64,000 nt of DNA from Amoebophrya sp. A120 (taxonomy: Eukaryota > Protista > Dinoflagellata), in NCBI GenBank assembly GCA_905178155.1, contig CAJINV010000011.1, positions 1,317,593-1,381,592 of the forward strand. The letters are read 5' to 3'. Made by a program: the position numbers and the translations under genes. Each line of letters starts with the position of its first letter. Position 1 is the first letter of the stretch. A model generated the notes under the pieces. The model was not told the DNA's origin. It ran no database searches and saw only the letters and a list, made by a program, of their open reading frames with translations. Positions 1 to 11,314 of this stretch are shown piece after piece.

Positions 1-755
1 CTTCTAACTCTAAGGTGGGATCAGTCACTACAACACCAAAACCCGCAGCCGCACCGCAAGACGAGATTGTTGCCTAGCTTGAAGGCGAACAAAGGGGACC
101 GAGCATTTTTCCCAGGATCTAACTACAGGCCGGGTACATATTCCAATTCCAAGAGAATTCCAAGAACGTTAACGAAGCGGGAGACGAACACACCCTCGCC
201 TCGTCATCATCTACGAATTCGGAAATCATCGTTATCCCGACCCACAGCTCCTAATATTATCGTCGTCGAAGCAAGTCAACGCCAAAGCTGCCGGAAGGGT
301 AAGTACGAGGCTTATCCGTGGTACTGGTGCTGAGTACGGCTCGGGCGCGTAAACTTTTTTTCACACGGGAAAGGAAACAAACAGACGAGACCTTCACCTG
401 TGCAGAAGTGTCTGAAGGCCCCGGTGACACATCAAGTACTTACTTACCCGTACGAAGAGAACAAGAGAAACATCAATCGAGCCTTGTACGTGTACCAGGA
501 TTGCTGGCGCGGCTGTTTTCTCGAAGCCATTATCTCCGCTACTGTTCCGAACTAATCCTCTTCTTCTCCTGGTCCTGCCGGCGATGCGCCGGTGAACAGC
601 CATCTTTATAAACACACGTACTCAACAAGAGCTTCGTAGTGAAATATTCGAGGACAACAGCTACGTCAGTTACAGAGCCACTACGGAACAACAGGGCCTC
701 CGAAAATTTTTCTGTGTTGGAGGCCACTCTTGTGCACACGACAACATCGCCAACA

Positions 756-3700
756 ATGACGCTGTCGTACCTGGTGTACTTTCTGGTCGCACTGAGAAGT
801 GTGGTGCAGCCTCGCAGCCATGCGGGTCTGGTGGCCGCCGCACGGCTGACCGCAAAAACTGGAAGTTCTTCGTCGCAGTCCTCGTCAACGAGCAGCGTGG
901 GTCGTGGAGATGAAGCTCAACAATCCGCTGTTCCTATTGCCAACGCCGGTAGAAAAACAAGCGATCAGGAGTTGCAAGCCGGAGCTGCACCAGAGGACAG
1001 AGAGGAGGATCATGCTCCTGCTTCTTCATCTTGGCAAGGAGGAGAAGCTTCGCCGGTAAGAAGGAGCGTTTTCGTACTTATTTCAATAGTGCTCTAAGAT
1101 ACGCATGGCTGTTTTCCTCGTGATAGATTCCATTCAATCATTTTTTCCATCTGTTTACTATACATAGGTGCAGCAGGAAGTCGCATCTTCTTCCTCGGCC
1201 TCACAAACGCAACCCCCGTCGCACGAAGACAACCAGCAGCATGATCCCCGAGCAGCCACCTCCTCGTGGAGCTCCAGCCAGATGAACTTGAACATGAAAC
1301 CTCAGACGTCGCCGCGCCCGGGTTTCGCGCTTCTGGCTACAGCCGCGCCCGTGATCCCGCCGCCACCCCAGCATGAGCCGAATGTGGTTCTCGGTGCAGT
1401 GGCGCCCCCGCGCGACCGTGGCATTGCCAGCGATCATGGAAGTGGCGGCAGCTGGGGCACAACCAGTGAGACCACTGGCATGCCTCCTGTGGAGCAAGCA
1501 AGTCAAATCGGGAACGATTTTTTCCATCACCCCCGAGGCCTCCCGCTCACCGTTATTCCGCCGCGCCCCTGGAACCACACGAACACCCTTGCGGCTGACG
1601 GAGGTGGCCCTTTGAACGGTTTTCACTTTGAAGGAGGGTCGCCAGGCGTGTCTCCGGCGAGTTCCTTCGGTGCTGGGCCTGGGGCCAGTATGATGCAGCA
1701 CGATCGTCCAACATGGACGTCGCCAGGGGCGGGTCCTCACATAATGACCAGCATGTGTGGTGGAGGTGCTGCTGTGGGCGGGTACCAGCAACTACAACAA
1801 CACCCTGGCTGGTTTGACGAGTATGATGTGCCGCATGTTGGTCATCATTTTGTGGATACTAGCCAGCAATACGCAAATCAGGCGTCTACTTGGATGATGA
1901 ACCACGACGTGGCAGCGCAACAAGAACAACAAGAAACGATTACTCCTGCGCGAGACCCGCGCGGAGGTCAGGGAACTGGCGCGGCCTCCTCCTCTTCTAC
2001 TCACGAACGGAATCTATCTTGGATGGATGTTTCGCCTCGTGTTGCAGCGCATGAACGACCTGATGAACCAAAGAATCCAAAAACTACAGTGAAACAGAAT
2101 GAGCCCCCGACTCGTCCACCCGGTCGTGCAGCTCCGGTAGCAACTGGAACTGCCGCAGGGGTCTTGGAAGCAGCGCGTCGAGTTACGCAAGCTGCTGAGA
2201 ACTTGGTGGCTTTAGGATTGGCACCTTCCCAACCTTCATCAACATCCGCAGCCGCAACGAACACGGAACTGCATCCGGGAAAACAACAACATCAGCATGC
2301 AGACGGTCGCGCGTTTCTGGCACACAGTCACCGGGCTCTGGAACAGCAGATTTTATGGCAGCAACAGGTACAACAGTACGAGGCGCAGTACTTGCAACGA
2401 ATGGCAGCTGCGCAAGAAGACGCTCACCAGCAACAACTTGCCTGGCACGCAGCTGGTGGGGGCTCCGCTGGTTGGTATGACTACGATCAGCAATGGTCTA
2501 TTGGTGCAGTGGTCCCAGCTGCACCACATCCCTTGTTCCCACCAGTGGACCAAGAAAAGCTGGAAAAACATTCTACAGCCGATCACGTTTCATGGGAGGA
2601 CCACCATGATGATCTCGGACGCGGCAGCACCTGGCCTGGTGTTGTTGAGAACAGAGCAGCGCCGTTTGGGTCGTCCACCGGGATTGGTGTTCCCCGTGCG
2701 CCACCTGCGATGTCGCCGCCACCCGCGTCGCTCCTGCGCATTGCAGCGCAGGCCACCGATCATAAGTCCTCTCTTGTGTCGTCATCTGGATCTGCTCCGT
2801 CGTCCTGTATGAATTGCAAAAGTATCGCACTCGTATAAATGCATATACAAACATCCTCAGCATGAGAAATAAAATTTGTAATGCGGCTTTAGCTTCAGAA
2901 AAAAATTTGTAAATGCATGAATGATTGCAATTACTACGAGTACGATACTTTTGCACAGGATATCCTGGGCGGCCGTGCCAATCGACCCGATCCTCGCGGC
3001 GCGGCCACCCACACCCCCGATTCCCGAAAACATTGCGACTGCTGTTGCTAAAAATTTAGAAGAAGAAAACCTAGGGGCGTCTCTTGATCATGGCAGGGGA
3101 AGTAGGAGCACGACAACCCCCACCGTGGTCCAGCACGACCGTGGTCCACCACCTAAGATTGAAACTACAGACTCCGATAACAAGGAGCGAGACGCAATCG
3201 AGCAGCAACTCGCTTTGCTCAGGCGCTTGATGGGGAAAGAAATGACGGAAGAGGTTGGTCTTGCTGGCCGGGATGAAGATGTTGTTAAGAATGGTGCCGA
3301 AGAACAGGAAGATGAAACACCGCCCTCTACTTCCCAGAAAATGTTGTTGGACCATGAGGATGAGAAAGAACCCGAAACGCAGCACAGTTTCCAAGCTTTG
3401 AACAATTCTGCTGGTACTGCTGCAGCACGATCTACTGCACCCGAGGCAGGAGCTCTTGCTCCAGGCGCGGATGTGCTGCAGAAGATAGTAGCCGCTGTAC
3501 GAGGAACAGGAACTTCTAGGGGGACAAGGAATGGCGATGCAGTACAACAGAGAACTGAGACAAAAGACTCAGGCACAGGGCCGCAAGGTTGTGGAGATTA
3601 TCATTCATCTGCCACGGCGTCGTGTCCTCAAAGTCAAAACCCGGCGGGGGAACAAAAACCGATTAACAACACGACAACACAGCAGGATGAATCATCATCC

Positions 3701-6700
3701 TCAGCGCAGAAAGCAAGTACCGCAGGGAACACCTCCCAAGGCCACACTCTGCTACAACCTGGCGCAGAACAAAATGGTGGCATTAGTGGCACAGCAGATC
3801 TTGACGTTTCCGAGGCGCCAACTGCAACTCCTGCATCTCACAGAGTTATTATAGAATCAAACGGCCAGTGGTTGCAGCTGTTTAAGAGGGTGAGCGACAA
3901 GGAGAACCGGAAGAAAATCCTCCTGGTCTTATACCTCAAATACCTGGGGTTCGTCGAATCCCTGCCCCCAACCGCACTACAATCCTGGTCGTCGACCCCG
4001 GATGCCATGTTTGTGCCGCTGCTCCGTTTCGGCAGCACGCTTACCGGGCTGGGTTCATTGGACGCGGATTTAGATCTGATGCTAATCAGTCGACCCGCCT
4101 GCGTTTTTGAGGGGAGAAAGACCGGGACTTTGGAAGCGATTCGAGAAAAGCTGGGACAGAATGCATTTTTCAGGTATCAAAATGATTGTAGAAATGCAAT
4201 GTGGATCATGGTCTCGCGAGATGCGGACGTTTTTTTTTTCGTTTTTCCAGTTGCAGATTTTTTTGAAATAACTTGAAATTCTGTTTTTCAGTTTATGCTG
4301 AACAAAATCCAAATTGAAAATTCATCTGCAACACTCCTCCCGCATAAACAGCAACGGCCGCGTGGTTCCGCACCCGGACCCTACCGTGGGTTTCCGTCTT
4401 TTAATCGAAGCAGATCCGGACGTCCTGTTCCAAGACCAAAATTGGTTGCAGGCCCTTCGCGACACCAAAGAACACGCGGTGGCAGAGTTGGGCCAGGCAG
4501 GCTGGAGGAAAGGGAGTCACACGCAAAGCGACTTCGATCTTCATGTCCAGCTACCTACAAGTAGTCGTGAAAATCTCGTTCCGGCTGCCGTTCTTGCCGG
4601 AACTCCAGATCAATCAAACTTTAGTACCAGCAACAGTGCCTCGGTAAGAACACAAACACTGCGGACCAACATGACGATGTCGGGAGGAGGTGTTTTGCCA
4701 CCACAGCACGCACTGGAGAGGTCCCAGGAATCGGATCTGCGGCAGTTGCTTCACGATGTGTGGTTCTCTCGGTCGAGGCGGAAACAGGACTTTGAAGACC
4801 ACGGCCACAAACAAACTGCAACTGCAGATCAAAACCGTGGTGAATCGGAATCGCATTCGGAAAAACAAAATAAAGTACTGATGCCATCACGTAATGCAGG
4901 TGCATCTGCTTCTGCAAGTGCAACTGCATCTGCGGTGGACCCGGACCACGTGGATCATGGTTTTGATTATTCCAACGAACCGCTCTATGTCCTTCCAATA
5001 GAACATCAAGCTGGCGACGAGCAGATGGCCGCGACGCACACGACGTCGCATCGTGTCGAGGAACATCAAAATCAAGACGACGAAATGGAAATGGTCTTCC
5101 ACAATTGTAGCAGCCAGGCGTCCTTCGATTCGCAAGCACAGTCGCACACCGGTCTTAGCCTCGATTTTCAGCAGGACTGCCAGCTACATGATTCATCACG
5201 CGACATTAATTCGCAAGACCTGATGACGATGAGCCAAGATTTGAATCCCGAAACTGTGATCGAGGAAGGAAACGAAGAGGACGAGGAACTACACGATGAA
5301 GGACTACTACAAAGCAGTTCCGGAACAATAACTGCTGCTGTCAAGAGCAGCCCGCCCAACATGCTGATCACCCTCGACGACGTCATCGCTGATGTGAAAG
5401 CCGCGATTACGAGCTCGAAATCCGAACAAGAAATTCTGCAGCACGACAAGGATAAAAACTTGATCCATCTCGACTTCCACGTGCGCGCGGACGTGCAAGA
5501 GTGGACGGAGTTGGCCGGGACGGTTTTCTTGCAGAAACTGGCCAAGGAATTGTTACTAGCAAGGGATTTTGTAATCCTGGTGAAGCTATGCAGTGCAAAA
5601 GCATCGTACTCGTATAAACGCACTACAAATTTTCTCAGCATAATAAAATTTGTAATGCGGATTTACATTAACCTTCAAGAAAAAAATTTGTGATGCATAC
5701 GAGTACGATACTTTTGCACAGGATAGAAACACTGGGCGAGCAAGCACGGCGTGTACGAGTTGCTGCAGGGCGCGGGACCTGGCATGTGCTGGACGGTGGT
5801 CGCGTTGGACTTCTTGGCGAGGCGGAATTTGTTGCCTCCAAGAGTAGAATTAGAACCTTTTGTGGAGAACAGCAGGAGTGCCTCCCCGTCGCCAGACGTG
5901 CGGTCGGAAGCTGCTGGGAGCAGTGGTGCAGGTCTGGGCGGCAGAGGCAGTAGTGCGCAAGGGCTAGTAGCGGACGAGGACGGAAAAGGGCAAGAAGATA
6001 TTAAGCACGACCAAGACCAACAGGAGGAACTGGAACAATTCTCCTTCTCTACTGCCACGGCGAAGATTTCCTGGCTGGACAAGTGGCGCGCCAACTGGGA
6101 CTATTCCGCGGCGTTCGACCAGCAGGATCGGCTACTGGAGGAAGCAGTCTCCCTTTCACGTACCACTTCGCGGTCCTCTGGTGGTGCTGGTGCAAGTCCA
6201 AATCTAGATGCTGCAAGCACATCTTCCATAAAAGTGCATGTCGGCGAGATGAACGCGGAACAGAAAAAGGCGAGAACCTTCACAGCAGCGCCCCTGGCGG
6301 CCCTGAAGCATAGAAACTTCGTCCGCCACCCCACCGATGAGGAGCAATTTGCGGAAGCGTGGTTTGCGGCGAACTTTCGGGATAACTCGCCAACAATTTT
6401 CTATTTCGGCGATCAGTTGTCCGAAGACCAGCGGTTGTTGCGGTTATGCATTGCAAAAGTATCGTACGTAGTACAAATCGCATGACAAATTTCTCCAGAA
6501 GGAAAAATGGAACTTGTAATGCTGATTTGGCTAAGAAACAAAAATTGTCATGCAGGATTGCAATTAGGAGCGAGTGCGGTACTTTTGTAGAGCATAAAGG
6601 TTTAGTTGCTACGAGGCACACAAAAACTACCAAGTCGCTGTATCAAATGTAAAAATGTCTGGGTCTGGAAATTTGTGATGCTGGGTGGCGTATCATGAGG

Positions 6701-9700
6701 AGGCCACAAGTGCTGGCTCAGCATGACAAGTTTCTGAGCTTCCAGGTGTTGCCTATTCTGCATGACAAACTGCGTTTCTGCATGACAGAAAAGTGGCGCT
6801 CTTGGGTAACATGCATGACAGATTTGAGAGTCATGCCAGACAAGCATGACAAACATGCACTCTTCCAGACCCAGACATTTTTACATTTGATACGCTGTGG
6901 ACGAAAACAATTACGACTACCAGGCGGAAGCACTGTTAGGCTTGTTTGTTTCATCTCTTTCATCTTCCAAACAAGATCATGGTAGTATTACCAGTCGTGG
7001 TGCCAATATGGGATCGACCTTGACTTCTTCCTCCTCGTCACTCGCAGCTGAAATCCCCGCACCTGTATCGGACCAGCACGACCGTTCTGCTGAGGAAATG
7101 GACTTTTTCACCTACCTCCACGAACGGATCTACCAGGACGTTTACTACGACAGCGAGGGTGTATTGCAGCAACCGAGCCAGTTTTTCCCGGATCGCGCTA
7201 TCACAATCAAGTCCCCCGGAGCGTTCGCCAAACTGAAATTTCAGGTACTACCAGCAGCAAGATTAAGATATAGATAAACCATTAGCGTCTGCTGAAACTA
7301 AAAGCACAGCACCAGCTGGTGCTGATGCTGAATTTGGGTCTTGATCGATTCATCTTTTTTCGCCTTGATGTAGATGTTCTCATTGCAGCTGAAAAAAAAT
7401 TTTTACACAACAGATTGATCAAACCTGGTATTCCGTGAAAGCCAAGCGAGAGTTTGCGGTGTTGTTTCGCGGCGAATTCGCATGGGCACGAGTTCAACAT
7501 GATGGTGAACAAGATGGTGTCCTCACGACGTCGCGCGATCAGGAGGGCGCCGCACCCACCTTGGCACCCGCCCCCGGTTCACCTCCCGCCCCATTCCAGG
7601 TGGTGCCAGTGACACGGCGGGATATTCAGAAGGAGGAGGTTGGGAAGGAAACAGCGTCCGGGCCGTCGGCACAGCTGCAACTGCCCGGGGCGTCGATGAC
7701 GTATATAGTGAGTTTCTCACATTTTTATTTGAATTGTTCTTCAATCCACAACAACCTGTGTAAATTGACATTGTCCTGACATGCAGCTTTCATCTTCGAG
7801 TTTGATGTGTTGAAAACAATGCATGATGCAAGAGGAGTAGAGCAGCGCTAAAAAGACGTACAACGCGTTCAATAATATCAGCGGCTCATGGACTACCGCC
7901 GCAACGACGGCCGGGACGCAACCGCAGCACGGTACTTCTACCTTGGGACACAACGCCGTGATGACACCCTCTCTCGACGAGGTGGAAACGGCGCAAGATG
8001 CTGGAACCGCACGTGAAGAAAATCCTGACCCCGCAGCCCTCATTCATCGCATTGATTCGTTCACGACTGACGCGAGCACGGTAACAAGGACCACAGAGGA
8101 GTCGATCACGACTGGTTGGAACCAATATGTTCAAAATAACCGGTTCCACCATAACCATGCAGCGGCGAACGGGTCTGGCCCAGTGGCTAAAAAAGAAGAG
8201 GAGCCTGATCACACCGACAAGGAACTTCCTGCTCCGGACGCTGCGCTGCTCAAACAACAGAAGAGCGCTGACGTTGCAGTTGCGGATGTTGCGCACCACC
8301 ACGACCACGCTGAAGTGGCGCAGCTACGAAATAAAGCAGTTTCTGCTAGTGCTACGGCTCCTCCCTCTCCGGCGCAACTGTGGTTAAACGGACGACAGCC
8401 GTCGACGAGACATGCAGCGGGAAGAGATCATTCTGGCGCCGCTGCGCTTGGTGAACAACAAGGTGAGCATGTAGATGCTGGGTTGTCGTCTTTGCACCGC
8501 ACGTGGTCGCGGCACCAGCAGGCCAGCCGTACGGGAGCTTCATCTTCTTCCTCTGCTGCTGCTGCTGCTGCATCACCGCCACCGGCAGCTATGCCATCGA
8601 CGCATTTCTCTTTCGCTTTCGTCCCAAGTGAAGATCCGATGATGCCGAGTGCAGAGCGAATTTACGGGATGAGAATGGGTCCCGTTCCTCGTCAAGAACG
8701 ACCTCAAGGTGGACAACATCTACATCTTCACACGACTCACTTCGTTGGAGATGAGCAAGGCCTTGGACATCACGAAGATTCTAGCGGACATGCTCCCGCC
8801 CTACGCACTGCAGAGCTGCTGGTACACGACCAAGTTGATCGGGAACATTTACATTATCCCAATGCTGACATGGTCATGGAAGAAATGCTTCCCTCGGGGG
8901 TCGTGCTGCCCAGCAGCGGCAACCAGGGCGGTGGACCCAACGAAGGAGGTTTTCTGCAGAAATCGAAATTTTCCCAGCGGGTTCGCAAGACAAAACGGCA
9001 GAGGCTGCAAGAAGTGGGGCAGTTGAACAATAGCCAACAACATCGAGAAACAGGTCGGGGCGGAGCAGGTGGAAACGGTGCGTCGAGAGGTTCCGCTTCG
9101 GCCTCACCGCAAAGACACATTGATTTAGAACCGGAACGAGCCGTAGAGAAGCGGCGTTCCGGATCCGTCACGCCTGGTGCGGCAGCTCCACTCGGTTCTT
9201 TCTCTTCAGGACACCACTTTGTTACGAATGCGTCTCAGCGGCTAATCGGTCAACTGAGTAGTTCCAGTGTGCAGGATAATTTTACGGAGCGCGGCACAGT
9301 AGATCAAGCAGAACAAGCCGTTTCTGGGCGGTCTTATTCCGAGGTGGGTCTGCGTGCACGCAGAGCAGCCAGGGCTGCTGATGAACAAACTACTTCTACA
9401 AACGAACACAACGTCCCGATTTTAGAGCAGGTCTCTACACGGCAGTTCTTGGAAAGCGAGAATCCCAGCAGGCGGGTTTTTGATCTCCGAGACTTGGAGG
9501 GGCGGATTCTCAATACGGCGCAAACAGATGAAGCAGGAGTTGAAGAAGTTGTACCGCACGAGATGGGTGCAGCAGTAGATGAACGGTATGATCAACATGG
9601 AGATCTTCATAGACGTGATGTTGCACTCGTTAACAATGTTGACAAAAATGATCGTCGCAAGAACTACGTCGCACAACTCCGCCGACGCCCTCATGACGGC

Positions 9701-9817
9701 AGCGCCCGAAGAGCTGCCCAGGTAGAACCGGCCCCGCCCACTTCAGGAAGCGTTTCCTCTGTGGGTGACACGACCGGTTTGGCCGGGAGGTCGTCCGGGA
9801 GCTTCGTTTTTCAATAA
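756..9817 (+). CDS. Very large Cid1/Trf4-family non-canonical poly(A) polymerase / TUTase-like nucleotidyltransferase (multi-exon, extensive low-complexity inserts)
   Basis: Pol-beta NTase motif RFGSTLTGLGSLDADLDLML (~4025-4085) and putative third Asp in NLIHLDFHV (~5470). RDFVILVK|HWASKHGVYELLQG is rebuilt across introner 5587-5725, and a PAP-associated-like FFTYLHER...RAITIK follows (~7100-7210). Frame-consistent model: GT-AG introns 1056-1167, 4174-4351, 7245-7413, 7708-7840 plus 4 introners. The start and last exon are less certain. Confidence 0.75.
2808..2962. mobile_element. Introner family A (TIR element acting as non-canonical intron)
   Basis: TATGAATTGCAAAAGTATCGCACTCGTA...TACGAGTACGATACTTTTGCACAGGATA, DR TCCTG/TCCTG. 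Removing 160 nt joins ORF 1168 to ORF 2921 (GSAPSS|WAAVPI). Confidence 0.92.
5587..5725. mobile_element. Introner family A
   Basis: Family A TIRs, DR GAAGC/GAAAC. Removing 144 nt gives VILVK|HWASKHG (TUTase motif). Confidence 0.92.
6445..6596. mobile_element. Introner family A (GT-AG register possible, 6443-6599)
   Basis: TATGCATTGCAAAAGTATCG...CGGTACTTTTGTAGAGCATA, DR GCGGT/AAGGT. Removing 157 nt gives QRLLR|FSCYEAHK. Confidence 0.88.
6641..6892. mobile_element. Introner family B
   Basis: Perfect 30-bp TIR TATCAAATGTAAAAATGTCTGGGTCTGGAA, DR CGCTG/CGCTG. Removing 257 nt gives YQVA|VDENNYDY. Confidence 0.95.
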
Positions 9818-11314
9818 CGATGAGAAACGAGGTGAGCGCGAAACGAGGGCCAACCGGCGGATTGAACGATTGTATGATGTTCATGTTGAGAAAAACAAAA
9901 AGATAAAGAGGATAAAAATGGATTAGGATTTCCAGCTAAGGAAATGTGGATTTCCAGTACTTGTGCGCTTTGTTAGGATTACAAGCTACAGCCAAAGCCT
10001 TTTTGAAATCGGATATACATAGAATAGCCATCTTAGAAAGTCAGGAAAGACAGACTCCCAGCACAAAGAAATAAAGCTGAAAAGACCACAGTCTACTTCC
10101 GAATGAAACGAGCCAAAAACGAACCATAAAACTAACGGTCACGACTTTTTGTACTTAATTACCAGTTGATGTGGACGAGGTGCGGGTCCTCGTGCCACGT
10201 CGTTTGCCTCATGTTTTTTCTCCCTTAATTTTGGCCTCTTTAAAAACAACTACTTCTTCCACTCCGAACTTCTACGAACGATTTCTTTTCCGAAATACAA
10301 ATGAAAGTGTAAGCACAGTGCTTATCATCTACATCATGTCTATCTGTACTTATCAACCTTTTTGGACTTTTATGTGATGCCCTGTAACAAGTGGAAGATG
10401 ATCAGGATGAGGATTCAAGCAGAGGCAAGATGGTCGTGAAGGGGTTTTGAACTTCTAGGTGCGTCGAATGTGGTGCAAAAGCCTTCATTGTCTCATCAAC
10501 ATTTCTGCGTTTTCGATTGCCTGAGGATGCTCAAACTTAATCGAAGAAAACCGAGCACCGTGACCACGTAGAGCCTGCTACTAGAACTTGTGTTGATGGT
10601 TGTATGGATGATGTGAAGGAACATTATGTTGTAGAACCAGATAAATCTTCTACACAGCACGCCAGTCGTGCCAATGAAGCCGACTCCTCTACTTGCTTCC
10701 ACTCAACATTATCTGGGAAGCAGGCGTGTTGCTGTTGCAGCTGCTCCGACGCCGTTCGTAGAATTATACTTTTCGGGAAAATTAGCGTCGCCTTTCTTGT
10801 TGCATCGGAAGAACGACTTTGTGTGCTCCTAGTAACGTCGTCTTCATGGAGCAGTGCTTGCGCCATTTCAACATCTCGTTTTGGAAAGGGGATCACTACA
10901 GGCAAAGAATGTTGTCGAGGGAAAAATGGACGCTATTCGTCGCCATGTTTGTCGTGTTTCATGTTTACTTAGCTAGAGGGGATACAACTCAAATCGTGCG
11001 TTTCGGTCGGCCGCTTCTGCTAGGGGAAAACAAGCACTCAACCTTTACGATCACCATTTTCATTTTGATAAAGAAAGTTTTCAAATGGAGTACTCAATGA
11101 ACGTCAGTGTCTAGTTGTATGTATCGCATCAAAAAAGTTTAGGCGTGTGTCGTGCCTCACGTCCGATACTTTCAGGTTTTTTTGAAAAGAACAACGTGAA
11201 GAACTTGGACCATATTTCACAACATCATTGTCGCACTAATGCGGTGATCGTCGAACCTTCTTGTACTTGTTACAAACGAAGTAATTTATTTTCCTTTTCC
11301 CCAATTTCTACCTT

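Noticed and set aside
2807-2958. Canonical GT-AG splicing of family A using G|TATG and the internal CACAG
   Set aside because: This intron is 8 nt shorter than element+DR (152 vs 160 nt) and shifts the frame. It also cannot apply to reverse-orientation copies.
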